Positions 39,592-49,592 are shown, numbered from the stretch's first letter. The stretch: 64,000 nt of DNA from Candidatus Bathyarchaeota archaeon (GCA_963832745.1 CAWHVC010000002.1:160001-224000), one strand, 5' to 3'. Numbers and translations: made by a program. Notes: generated from the sequence alone by a model not told the origin.

Positions 39592-39880
39592 ATGTCGGGG
39601 GATATTTGTCAAGGGCTGGGAACGCAAACAATTTGAGGAGAGTATTGTAAAAAAATATTTAGATATAATCGTTCTCAAAGCGTTAATTAAAGAGCCACTA
39701 AGTGGTTATGCGATTATTTTGAGAATTCGCAAGGATTTCGGCGTTAAATTAAGCGCTGGAACGGTTTATTCACTTTTATGTTCTTTAAAGAGAAAAGGTC
39801 TCATAGAAGCAATTGAAGGCAAAATAACCTGTTATGAACTAACTGTTAAGGGTGTGCGAAAACTGGAGATATTGAGTTAG
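39592..39880 (+). pseudogene. PadR-family regulator, frameshifted in a G5 run after the ATG
   Basis: ERKQFEESIVKKYLDIIVLKAL..LSGYAII..SAGTVYSLL..YELTVKG; paralog of 27432..27776. Confidence 0.8.
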
Positions 39881-39951
39881 ATGAGGGGTAATTTTATTGC
39901 TTTTAATAATTCAATTTTGAAAATAAGGCTAAATGCATGAATATGATGTGA

Positions 39952-40218
39952 GTGCGATTGGATATGAAAAAAATGAATTTAAACGGAAATAGTGCGATAA
40001 AACATAGTTTTTCTCAAAGAACTAAAATGAATCCTCTTAAAGTAGTGCTAATTTTTGCTTTTGTATATGGGATTGGTTTCGTGTTTATTTTTTTACTTTA
40101 CTTTTTATCGCAGAATAATACAGTTCCATATAATTACTTTACATATCTTTCTTATATTATAATCTTAATCTCAGCCATCATATCTGTTGTTTGGGCTCAG
40201 AAATCAGCTAAAAAATAA
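39952..40218 (+). CDS. Small two-TM membrane protein
   Basis: Two hydrophobic segments, very AT-rich. Confidence 0.55.
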   Translation: MRLDMKKMNLNGNSAIKHSFSQRTKMNPLKVVLIFAFVYGIGFVFIFLLYFLSQNNTVPYNYFTYLSYIIILISAIISVVWAQKSAKK

Positions 40219-40518
40219 AGTTGTATATTTGATTTTTCTTTTTATTTCTACGCACTACCTTCTATCTCACATGATTAAGTCAAGATAGCAGTTTTTTCAA
40301 AGATAATTTAACAATACCCCAAAATCTGTAATGCGCAATTATGGTTCTAAATTTTTTGATTCAAACAATGTTTCAGTACTCGGAATTCGAACACTCCTTT
40401 AAAAAAGAAATTACATCGTTTTTTAGAATAAGCCAAGCTTGAATAGTTTGGATGCGTTTCACCGCCTAGCCTTAATTGAAGGGCCGAAAAGAGCATCTAA
40501 AAAAGGAGGATAAAAAAA

Positions 40519-41555
40519 TTGAATAATATAAGAAAAATTGTTATAATAGCACTCTCAGTGTTGCTAGTAACTTCATTTGTTCAAGTACCACTTGCGTTTG
40601 CACAGCTTAACAGTCGTCCAGAAGCTGTCATTCTCAGTCTAAGTGATGATGCCGCTACCGACTATACAATTGAAAAAATTAAATAGTTCATCCCTTCACC
40701 TAACGAGATTTCTAAATGGAAATAAGAGGTCCTTAAAAATTGCCGATTCATCAATTTCTTGGGCAGACCTTGAGGTAATGATTAACGATTCACCAAGTCA
40801 AGTACATCTTATTGCCACATGTTATTCCGGTGTGGTTAAAGTTGAGGGCAAATTCGTATTTGGCTTTGAACGACAAGTAGATGTAGATGAAGCCGCAATG
40901 TGGGTCACTGGTCATTATTACGGGCTAACTAATCAGTACGATAAGATTCTTGAAGATGTTGCAATATTTTACAACCGTACTTAATGAAAAAGCCATTAAT
41001 CCAGAAAGTCATATGAGAGCAGTTTTAGATTATCAAACGCAGTACACACTTGGCTGGTGGTGGGGTGTATGTCCCGGCACTTATCAGTACCCAATACGGT
41101 ATACTCAACCGGACGTATATATCCGCTATCCTTGGGTCACTCCAGAGGGGACCGCAGGTGCATTCTCCGAAGATGGCTTTGGCGTTTTTCACATTAGCAA
41201 ATCAACTGTCGATCAAGGCAATCTGGGCTTAATAATTTCTACTGGCGCTGGGTCAGCTGGCGGCGGAATTGCGGTGCTTCTTGCAGGAGCAGGCGGAATT
41301 TTATCTCTTGCAGTTGCAGGAATCGTTGCAGTTACTGGTGGAATTGAGAGTTGGATAGTCACAACATACGTAGCGGATTCAGCAGGTGCCGCATGGAAGT
41401 ACTTCAATAACTTAGGTGGGTCTGATAACTTCAATATTTGGGTAGATTGGAAACTCGGAGCGTTACCTTGGATGAACGGCGGATTCTTCTATGGTATTCC
41501 ATATTGCTACTGTTTATGGTACGGTGACAATTACTTAGGTATTGACGGAATATAA
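40519..41555 (+). pseudogene. Secreted precursor split into three frames: signal peptide, middle domain, Gly-zipper/aromatic C-terminal domain
   Basis: aggagg RBS plus TTG at 40519 (MNNIRKIVIIALSVLLVTSFVQVPLAFA), stop at 40686; continues in ORFs 40643..40984 and 40950..41555. Confidence 0.7.
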
Positions 41556-41678
41556 TTCAATCAACAAAAATCTATTTTTTTGCATTTTTGTTGCTGCATT
41601 TTATGTTAACAATTTTTCTTACATTCAAATATTTTATGGGCACGCCTTTATCTTTTCTATACAGAGTAAAGCCAGTTA

Positions 41679-42599
41679 TTAATGAATTGCAATTGGTGCT
41701 TTAAGCACATTTTCTATACGTTGCGCATCCTCTTGGCTCTCAGAATTCAATGGCGTCAATGTTATTTCTTCTGCTGATTTAACCCCAAAACCCAACTCCG
41801 CCGCACGTTTAAGTTGGTCCTGCTCAAACACTGGGTCGTCCCCAACTTTGCCTCTTGCACCATACAGTTTTAGGATTGCAACTCCCACGGCGTCGATAGC
41901 AACTCGGTCGCGGCTTGCAAGCAGCAAATTCGGTTCAACTACGGTTCCGCTTTCTGGTCCCTTAGTTGTGAACGCTTTGATGCCATCCATGATGACAAAA
42001 TCCAGGTTGTAGAGGTTGTTTATTTCTGCAATCATTTGCCTCTGAAACGGCGACCCATGCAGTTCCCACATGTAATCATAAATGCCGCCTGGAACACGTT
42101 TAGCCACCAGACCCACAGAGTTTTTCATGGACAGAGTAAAGTGTCCGCCGAAACGGTGGGTCTTCAAACAGCAAGTCTGCACAATCTTGTCTGCGTCATG
42201 GAACATTTTTGCCATATAGAAACCGCGTAGCCAATGGGTTCCTTCATGTTCATACTTTATCCAGTCATCTTTGCCGAGTTCATCAAGAACCACTGCGTTG
42301 AATCCAAGTTGGTTGGCTAAGTTAAACACGCCCATTTCTTCGAGTACTTCCCGCGTGTTCCCCATACCGCTCCGTTCCCCTAAATCAATCTCGCTGGCGT
42401 TGGCTGCTTTGAGCCCTTCAACTATTGCTCTAAGTGTATCCAAATGTGTCGAGGCAGGGAACGGGTCAGCACTGTTAAAATTCGCTTTAACCGCAACACG
42501 ACTGCCGCTGTAGTCCTGTAGTCCCATTTTTTCCAGCAAAGCAGGCACTCCGCTTGCTCGGTCGCTAGTTTTTAAAATGAAAACTTCTGCGTTAGCCAC
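41679..42599 (-). CDS. DUF362 family protein
   Basis: VAVKANFNS, LKTHRFGGHFTLSMKN, IMDG, SRDRVAIDA. Confidence 0.85.
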   Translation of the reverse strand: MANAEVFILKTSDRASGVPALLEKMGLQDYSGSRVAVKANFNSADPFPASTHLDTLRAIVEGLKAANASEIDLGERSGMGNTREVLEEMGVFNLANQLGFNAVVLDELGKDDWIKYEHEGTHWLRGFYMAKMFHDADKIVQTCCLKTHRFGGHFTLSMKNSVGLVAKRVPGGIYDYMWELHGSPFQRQMIAEINNLYNLDFVIMDGIKAFTTKGPESGTVVEPNLLLASRDRVAIDAVGVAILKLYGARGKVGDDPVFEQDQLKRAAELGFGVKSAEEITLTPLNSESQEDAQRIENVLKAPIAIH

Positions 42600-42728
42600 A
42601 AAAATCCTGCTCCACTAAAGTCATGGGTGATGCGAGGGTTATTAGTTTGTCGTGCATCAAAGGTGAAACAACAAAACCGCAAGCTCTATATTATTCAATG
42701 GAACATTTTAGAAAACGAGTTAAGGTGT

Positions 42729-42806
42729 GGGCCCGTGGCTCAGTCAGGCTAGAGCGGTGGACTCTTAATCCATAGGTCGCGGGTTCAATTCCCGTCGGGC
42801 CCGCCA
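42729..42806 (+). tRNA. tRNA-Lys(CTT), intronless, CCA encoded
   Basis: gggcccg acceptor stem, gtgga-ctCTTaa-tccat anticodon arm, ggttcaattcc T arm, ends gcca. Confidence 0.96.
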
Positions 42807-42976
42807 AATTTCACTTATTTCTTTAACTTTTTATCGGTTCATTTTGCATATAAAGCGCGTCTTCTTATAAGTAGCGGTGGCCCTGTATTATTAAAGGGAT
42901 TTTTGACGAAGGCTATTTTGTTTCTTAACAATTTATCACCTTCATTATTATCTTCAATTATAAGTGGAGCGATAAA

Positions 42977-43348
42977 ATGAGCAATAAAAATGGAGAATTT
43001 TCTACAAAAGAAGAAATATTTGAAACTCAAGAAGAAAGTGAAGACGATGATGAAGTGACCTTTAGGTTGTTTGTCAATGGCGAAATTGTCTCTTGGGCTA
43101 AGACGCTACTTTACAGTTACTTGAAAGAGATTCATACGGCAGCATTGGAAAAGCGGAAAGGCTATGGTGGAAAACTGTTGTCCCACATAGAAAAAACTGC
43201 AGTTGAGTGTGGTGCTACTGCACTGAACGCGTGTTTTGCTGTATCTTATAGTGGTGAAGCAGTGGGGTTCTTTAGAAGTAGGGGGTATTGGCTTAAACCA
43301 ATTGACGATGAGGAACCAAGATTTTTAGAGGTTACAAAGAAACTTTAG
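42977..43348 (+). CDS. GNAT-family acetyltransferase
   Basis: KRKGYGGKLL acetyl-CoA motif; AVGFFRSRGY. Confidence 0.78.
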   Translation: MSNKNGEFSTKEEIFETQEESEDDDEVTFRLFVNGEIVSWAKTLLYSYLKEIHTAALEKRKGYGGKLLSHIEKTAVECGATALNACFAVSYSGEAVGFFRSRGYWLKPIDDEEPRFLEVTKKL

Positions 43349-43569
43349 AATGTTTGCTCTGAAACATTAAACACATAAGTTCATAAACACATATGCTTAT
43401 AAGTGTGTATGTACATATTAAGTTATGTTGATAAGTCAATAAGTGAATTGAAGGTAATAAAATTATGACAAAAACAAGAACAAAATTCGGTATTTGGCAA
43501 TTCATTTATTGGAAATATGCTTGACACGTTGAAATCGTGAATAAAAATAAAAAAAACGAGTGATTGAAT

Positions 43570-43704
43570 GTGGGTCGAATTAGCGTAGATCTTCCAGACG
43601 AGATAGAAAAACAGCTCCGATTGAAAACTGTTGAAAGATTCGGCGGGAAAAAAGGCGACCTGTCCCGTGCAGTCGAAGAAGCAATAAAAAAGTGGTTACT
43701 CTAG
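43570..43704 (+). CDS. Ribbon-helix-helix (CopG-like) protein, 44 aa (not in ORF track)
   Basis: MGRISVDLPDEIEKQLRLKTVERFGGKKGDLSRAVEEAIKKWLL. Confidence 0.85.
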   Translation: MGRISVDLPDEIEKQLRLKTVERFGGKKGDLSRAVEEAIKKWLL

Positions 43705-43907
43705 AAAGAGTAACCCATCGTAACCTCATAATAACTATATTTTATCCTTTCGTAGAAAGGTATTAGGGAAAAGCCAGCTAGCCCTCGACACTTGAAGGCG
43801 TAGATCGCGTGAAGGGCTACTAGCTGAGGTCCTCCCGTTCCTAGAATGTGACGCTAATAAGAGCAAATAATCAAGTTAACATGAATTAGGTTTTTGAGGT
43901 GAAAGAA

Positions 43908-44069
43908 ATGGTTGATAAAAATAGAAATTTAGAGATTGTTTTTCTGGATAGAGAGAGCAAGTATTACTACTCTTTAGTTGAAGTTGAAAGCGCAGAGTTA
44001 GCAAAAGGTCTAAAAGAAATCTCCACAGAAATTGCGACAAGACTCCAGTTGCAGAAAGACCAAAGATAG
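43908..44069 (+). CDS. 53-aa hypothetical protein (not in ORF track)
   Basis: gaggtga RBS; MVDKNRNLEIVFLDRESKYYYSLVEVESAELAKGLKEISTEIATRLQLQKDQR. Confidence 0.55.
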   Translation: MVDKNRNLEIVFLDRESKYYYSLVEVESAELAKGLKEISTEIATRLQLQKDQR

Positions 44070-44224
44070 CTTAGTTTTCTAAGAGGAACAGTAATGAACA
44101 CCGCGAAGCCAGTGATGAAGGTCAAAGAAAAATAAACTTTTCTCCCTGCAGATTTAATTTAGAAGAGAATCAGAAACGATCCAACATTGGACAAGTTTCA
44201 ACGGTCTACCCTCTAAAAATTAAT

Positions 44225-45181
44225 TCAAACATTTACTCTAAAAGCCCAATTCAAGTAAGTTCGAAAATCTCTTGAAAGCACCAAAGAAGGCTCAACGTAA
44301 CAATGAAGGCTACATTTTTGGCAATCCTGTGTGACCTTCCAGTTAATTCCGGCTATTGCCGTTTTAATGCTAGTTTCCAAAACGGAGACGCTTGTTGCAT
44401 ATTCATTTCGTACATAACAGGGAAGAACCAGCTTTCCATCCGGACCAACATTAATCATGGCCCAAGGTTTGCATGTCCACTTCTTCTCTCTCGTCATGAC
44501 TTTAAAGTAACTCATAGAATTCACAAGAGGGTACCCCTTCTTTTTCATTGTAACAAGCTTTCCAGCTATTTCCCTGATTTCTTTTGCTGTAGGCGCAGAC
44601 GCTTTGGCATTACAATAATCATGCGCTATAGCTACGGATATTCGGGCGTTTACTTCCTTTGCAAGCTTCACCATTCCTTCAATTTCGTCAAGGTTTTCAG
44701 ACATTATAGTAGTGTTAATTGTAACTGGAACCTTTTGTGCGGCTGCCGTTATACCTCTTAACGCTTTTTTAAAGCATCCATTAACTCCGCGGATTGTGTC
44801 ATGAGTTTTTTCTAAACCGTCCAACGAAACATACACGACGCCATTGATGTAAGGTGATATTTCATCAATTCTAGACTCAAGAAGGGTACCGTTAGTTATG
44901 ATGCTTGTGTGTAATGGCAGTGAACGTGAAAAAGAAAGGATTTCACTCAAATCTTTTCTTAGAAGTGGTTCTCCGCCTTCGAACGCTATTCCGCAGGCGC
45001 CTGAATTATAAATTTGCCTTAGGATTGCTTTTTCCTGTTCAAGGCTCGAATCTTGGACGGGTCTTTTCCAGAATGGGCACATTTTGCATCGTAGGTTACA
45101 GTTATACGTTAACTTGTGGCCGCAAAACAAGGGGACTTTGATGTCAAATAAGTTAGAGATCAAACCGCGATAGATTCTCAT
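44225..45181 (-). CDS. Archaeal radical SAM protein, PTO1314-family-like
   Basis: GHKLTYNCNLRCKMCPFW, FEGGEPLLR, WTCKPW..LPCY..CQKCSLHCYVEPS. Confidence 0.85.
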   Translation of the reverse strand: MRIYRGLISNLFDIKVPLFCGHKLTYNCNLRCKMCPFWKRPVQDSSLEQEKAILRQIYNSGACGIAFEGGEPLLRKDLSEILSFSRSLPLHTSIITNGTLLESRIDEISPYINGVVYVSLDGLEKTHDTIRGVNGCFKKALRGITAAAQKVPVTINTTIMSENLDEIEGMVKLAKEVNARISVAIAHDYCNAKASAPTAKEIREIAGKLVTMKKKGYPLVNSMSYFKVMTREKKWTCKPWAMINVGPDGKLVLPCYVRNEYATSVSVLETSIKTAIAGINWKVTQDCQKCSLHCYVEPSLVLSRDFRTYLNWAFRVNV

Positions 45182-45408
45182 CCCTAGCCAAAACGTTTCT
45201 ACGTATTGACGGACGTTTTTCTGATGCAGAATAGTTGAAACGGTTTACCCTCCAAAATTATTTAAATATAAACTATCAGGTTCACGTAAGCAAACATAAT
45301 TACTTTTTGTTTCCTAACCCCTTTGTTATGTTAGCCATGAAGAGTTAATGGATAAAACTTCTAACTTAAAACAAAGAGGTTTGGTGAATACTCTATTGCC
45401 TTCACGTT

Positions 45409-45705
45409 TTATCTGTCCTCGCTGTAATCTCTATCCTCGTGGGCTTCTTCTTCGGATGTTTCTTCTGCCTCTTCTTCGCGTGCTCTCTCTCTGGCACCTG
45501 CAGCTCTTGCTTTATCTTCCGTTTCGCCTTTTGGAGGAAAAGCATCGTCAAGCCATGCTTTAAACTGTTTTTTGCCCTCAGAATTGGAGAATGCCCACTC
45601 GCACAATTCAATTATAACTTTATTAAGATTAACTTGATGATCGTCTGCTAATTGTTTGAGAAACTGTTCCCACTTTGTAGGGATAGATATTGTTGAATTA
45701 GTCAT
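45409..45705 (-). CDS. Small protein with RHH-like N-terminus and acidic tail
   Basis: TISIPTKWEQFLKQLA..NLNKVIIEL; ggtggtga RBS upstream. Confidence 0.65.
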   Translation of the reverse strand: MTNSTISIPTKWEQFLKQLADDHQVNLNKVIIELCEWAFSNSEGKKQFKAWLDDAFPPKGETEDKARAAGARERAREEEAEETSEEEAHEDRDYSEDR

Positions 45706-45838
45706 TTCTTATTTTCACCACCATTTGCAAGTTGGAATAATTATTTCAACAATTTTGTTGCTTTATACTTTTGCATTACGTTGCTTGACCAACCTGTTTT
45801 TCTCTAATTTTGACTAAAATTAACAAAAAAGAGTTGGT

Positions 45839-45997
45839 TTATTTCCACAACTTTTTGCCAGTAAACAGCCAAATGACCACTAAGACTAATGCAATCACAA
45901 GCAGTATATGTATCAATGTGCCTATGCCTGGCAAAGCAAAGAATCCAACCAGCCAAAGTATCACAACAATTACCGCTATTGTTAATAATGTGTTCAT
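45839..45997 (-). CDS. lmo0937/DUF5670-like small membrane protein (not in ORF track)
   Basis: MNTLLTIAVIVVILWLVGFFALPGIGTLIHILLVIALVLVVIWLFTGKKLWK. Confidence 0.85.
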   Translation of the reverse strand: MNTLLTIAVIVVILWLVGFFALPGIGTLIHILLVIALVLVVIWLFTGKKLWK

Positions 45998-46011
45998 GGA
46001 AAATTCTCCAA

Positions 46012-46302
46012 CTAAGCCTCAACTACTGGCCTTAGGTACATGTGCAGTTGATCTTTTGATACTTTTAAGTGTAGACCCTTGTCCGTCCAGCGTGCAACCC
46101 CTTTTTCTAGGGCTGAAATGGCCAACATGTTTCGTACTCCGCCTTTTTTTACGCCAAGTACTGATTCGGCTATGCTCTTTTCTAATTCAATTTCGAGGTG
46201 AGTAATCTTCCACTCTTCAGGATCAATTTCTATTTCTTTTACTTTGCCGATTTTCTCGTCTAACGCAAAAACATCTTTATCCATAAATTCTTTACTTTTC
46301 AT
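46012..46302 (-). CDS. PRC-barrel domain protein
   Basis: EFMDKDVF..KIGKVKEIEIDPEEWKITHLEI. Confidence 0.85.
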   Translation of the reverse strand: MKSKEFMDKDVFALDEKIGKVKEIEIDPEEWKITHLEIELEKSIAESVLGVKKGGVRNMLAISALEKGVARWTDKGLHLKVSKDQLHMYLRPVVEA

Positions 46303-46374
46303 ACTACTTGTTCTTCCCGGTAATACCAATGATTTGAGATACAATACACATAGCCATTGGCAGAGTTAAGCGCT

Positions 46375-46398
46375 TGTTACTGTGATCCCACACCGACA
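46375..46398 (-). promoter_or_regulatory. Palindromic regulon site (PRC-barrel/lmo0937 genes)
   Basis: + strand TGTTACTG-tgatccca-CACCGACA; cttaac TATA-like element 4 bp downstream on the minus strand. Confidence 0.75.
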
Positions 46399-46697
46399 GA
46401 CTGATCTTTGGTCCATAGAAAGAATTTAAAACTTTAAAACAAATAGAAAAATGGAATTTAGGTTAGTCTTCACTTTTTTCCAATCAAGCTTAACAACTTT
46501 TTCTTAGAGGTTGGTTTTCTTATAAAACGTTTCAAGCTACATTCAAAATATTGCCAAATGGCGTTTTAATTCGTGAGAAAACTGCTTGTAATCGCTCGGA
46601 AGGCTTGTCCGCTACGTCGTCTCGCCTAATGTCATGTTCCCAAAAGTGTACGACAGTGCCAGTTCTTGACTAAATAAAAAAAGAAAGAATGTTATGT

Positions 46698-47697
46698 TTA
46701 GGTTGTTACCACTGTGGTTTGATCAATTATCTTTGCCAGTGGAGCATTCGTTTTCACTGATGCTATGCCATTTTCGGCTGACTGTTTGGATAGGTAAGAT
46801 TGGCTTACAGCAATTATCTGTCCAGTAGCTGCTTTCAAATGGAAACGATATCTATCAGGTGCATTGAATTGAATTTCGAAAACTGGAGCTTGAACAATTT
46901 CAACGTGGTGAACGGGTATAGTTCCGCCGGTCGTGTAATCAGCCGTTTTAGCTATTGGTGCATTCTTTTTTATTGACGCAATACCTTTTAGAGCATTTTC
47001 TCTTGTCCCGTACGAGTGGCTTACAGCAATTATCTGTCCGTTAGCTGCTTTTAAATGGAAACGGAATCTGCCTGCAATATCACATAAAACCTCAAAAACG
47101 CCTGTCACTTTCGCCACTACAGGAATCGGTTCAGTTATCACTTCAGTGGGTGGCAATGGTTCCTCAACTGGTAGTAATTGGTTCTGGGATTTTATCAGTT
47201 GCGTGACCCTTCTTTGTATGAGCATTCATTTCTTCCATAGTCATGAAGCCCAATCCGCATATAGGGCATGTAAGTTCCATATTTGGCATAAGTACTCCAT
47301 TCAAAACGTGTATTATTCCGTTGTCTGTTACAATGTCTGTGTTTATCATATGTGCGTCATTGATTAACGGGTTATAATGGGAAGTCCACCAGTGGGCGGC
47401 ATCAATTTTAACGTCTTGCCCTTGAAAAGTTTTCATAGTCTTCATTTGACCTATTTCGTCAACCGTAAACTTTCCCATGACAATATGGTACATCAAAATA
47501 GCCTTGAGTTTTGGAACATTTTTCAATAATCCATCAAGTGTGCCTGCGGTAAGCTTTGCAAAAGCATCATCATTTGGGGCAAAAATTGTAAACGGTCCTT
47601 TGCGTTTCAACGTTTCAACTAATCCTGCCGCTTGTACGGCTGCAACAAATTTTGTGAAACCGCCAGCTTCGACGGCAATATCAAATATATCTGCCAT
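46698..47697 (-). pseudogene. Fasciclin (FAS1) - C2H2 zinc finger - Pro-rich linker - tandem YegP/DUF1508 fusion, split by a 1-bp shift near 47178
   Basis: GPFTIFAPNDDAF and NGIIHVLNGVLMP; CPICGLGF..AHTKKGH; two copies of GRFRFHLKAANGQIIAVS..Y..GIASIK; removing one A restores EPLLPVEEPLPP. Confidence 0.8.
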
Positions 47698-47771
47698 TTA
47701 TTTTCAAATCCTATAAAAATTTTCTTCTATCTACTTAGAGTATACTACAGTGATCTAAGGATAAATAACCG

Positions 47772-47795
47772 TGTGACTGGGGAGCCACAGATACA
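47772..47795 (-). promoter_or_regulatory. Palindromic regulon site (fasciclin-YegP gene)
   Basis: TGTGACTG-gggagcca-CAGATACA; tatttat 4 bp downstream on the minus strand. Confidence 0.78.
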
Positions 47796-47871
47796 GCATG
47801 CAAAATAGCTGTGAATAGCTACGCTAATGCTAATTGACTTGAAAACTGCAGGAACAATTTGATTCGCAGGG

Positions 47872-48657
47872 TTAGCTTTCAGCTTTTTCCCAGTCAGATT
47901 CAAAACTTGTTCTTAACACGCCAATAAGGTTGCTATTGTTTGTCCACAAAGAAGGGCTTTCACCTAATCCGCATTCTTTAGAGGTAGTAATCAACGCTTC
48001 TTTATCATCAGACATTATAAAATGATTCAACGCTTCACTATGAAACCTGATATGAACCGAATCGATACCAACGACTTTTTTCACTTTTTCCTTTAACAAG
48101 TCGTCTGGGCTTTCTCCTTCAAAAAGGAGCCGAACCTGAGTACCTTCAGTTATTGCCAGTTTATATTCATCTGAAAACTGAGCCAAAATTGGCATAATTC
48201 TTTCTTTATCTGAGATCAACGCAACTTCTCGTCTAGAGTTACTAATCAGCCCCGCAGTCTTTGCCAAAATTGCCTTCTTTTCCGCTATCAAAATGTAAAT
48301 GCTTTCTTCTCCAAGAGGCGATTGCTTCCAATCTTTGAGGGATAGCTTCTGAACCATGCTCCTCATGCCCATCAACCGTTCTTCGGCCTTGTTTTTTTCT
48401 TCTGCCACTAGTAACGCTAAGGAATCTGAAATAAGGGTTGCTCTGACCTCAGTTGGTTTGCCCAGTAACCTTTCAACTAAGCCCATTTTTTCGAGTGCAG
48501 GCAGTAGTCTATAGACATCTTCCCTGCGCACTTTTGAAAATTTCGATACCTGTCTAACAGTAGTTTTTTCCAGTTTAAGTATCGCTAAGTAAACCTTTGC
48601 CTGATTAAGAGTCAAGCCCAAACCAAGTAAAAGCTCAGTGTTTTCATCGTTAGACAT
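47872..48657 (-). CDS. TrmB-family transcriptional regulator
   Basis: LGLTLNQAKVYLAI..REDVYRLL..LEKMGLV HTH; C-terminal FIMSDDKEALI..SFESDW effector domain. Confidence 0.9.
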   Translation of the reverse strand: MSNDENTELLLGLGLTLNQAKVYLAILKLEKTTVRQVSKFSKVRREDVYRLLPALEKMGLVERLLGKPTEVRATLISDSLALLVAEEKNKAEERLMGMRSMVQKLSLKDWKQSPLGEESIYILIAEKKAILAKTAGLISNSRREVALISDKERIMPILAQFSDEYKLAITEGTQVRLLFEGESPDDLLKEKVKKVVGIDSVHIRFHSEALNHFIMSDDKEALITTSKECGLGESPSLWTNNSNLIGVLRTSFESDWEKAES

Positions 48658-48854
48658 GCTATAACTGCCATTAATTTTGTGTAGAATATTATTTTTAAAG
48701 TTTTAGGTTGTTTACGTAAAATATGCACCTTTTTCCTGTTTTATAACCGTTGTTTAACTAATTTTTTAAAAGTTTGTGTTTTGCTGAAAAAGCGCAACCG
48801 TCTGTTACGCCTTTTTTGAATTTTAAAAAAGAGGCTCGATGGCATTTTTACGGT

Positions 48855-49592
48855 TTAAAAAGTTGTTTCCAGCAGTATTCTTTTCAGGATAGTGGCTCCG
48901 TGGCTTATCTTCAATTTTTTCTCGCCTAATCTTATTCTGTAAGAAATTGGTATTTCCCGAATCGTGAATCCACGTCGCTCTATCAGATGGTTCAACTCGA
49001 CTTCAATATCAAAGCCTTTAGATTTCACAAGCCATCCCTGCAAGGCAGCTGAGCGTATCACCCGCAATCCAGTTAAGGGGTCCTGAAGTGGTACACCGTT
49101 AAGCAGGTTATGCGCAAAAGCTAATAGCATGTTTCCAATGCGGAAAACTCCATGCAGTGCTTCTTTGTCAACATACCCGTTAAGTCTGTTGCCGCAAACC
49201 ATGCCAACAAGCGGTTTTTCTTCAAGTATTCTTATCATTGCCGGAACGTATTCAGCGGGGTACGTGTAGTCTGCGTCAGTAAGAATGAAATACTCCACGT
49301 TCATGTCGGCAAACTCAAGAGCTTTAGCTAAAGCATCGCCCTTGCCAATGCCATCTTGGCAAACAACTTTTGCACCTATATTCTTAGCTATCTCAACTGT
49401 TCTATCACTACTTCTGCCGTCAACCACGAGCACCGAAATATCCCCCAAGGTGTCTTTCATCTCAGCTATAGTACGCTCGATTCCAGGCGCTTCATTTAAT
49501 GCTGCAATAATAACCTGCGCTGAATAGCGGGTTTTCATCTCTTGAACTAAAATCGTCAAATCCTTCATCCAACCTTTCTTGCTTTTGTTCAC
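48855..49592 (-). CDS. GT2 glycosyltransferase (polyprenol-phosphate glycosyltransferase-like)
   Basis: IIAALNEA, VVDGRSSDRT, GKGDA, TDADYTY, GFDIEVE, RLGEKKL. Confidence 0.9.
   Translation of the reverse strand: MNKSKKGWMKDLTILVQEMKTRYSAQVIIAALNEAPGIERTIAEMKDTLGDISVLVVDGRSSDRTVEIAKNIGAKVVCQDGIGKGDALAKALEFADMNVEYFILTDADYTYPAEYVPAMIRILEEKPLVGMVCGNRLNGYVDKEALHGVFRIGNMLLAFAHNLLNGVPLQDPLTGLRVIRSAALQGWLVKSKGFDIEVELNHLIERRGFTIREIPISYRIRLGEKKLKISHGATILKRILLETTF

Larger units (their letters stand above)
39365..41678. mobile_element. Small, partly AT-rich degraded island bounded by the duplicated gene end
   Basis: Flanked by a 141-bp imperfect direct repeat; contains broken genes; no integrase seen. 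Confidence 0.55.
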
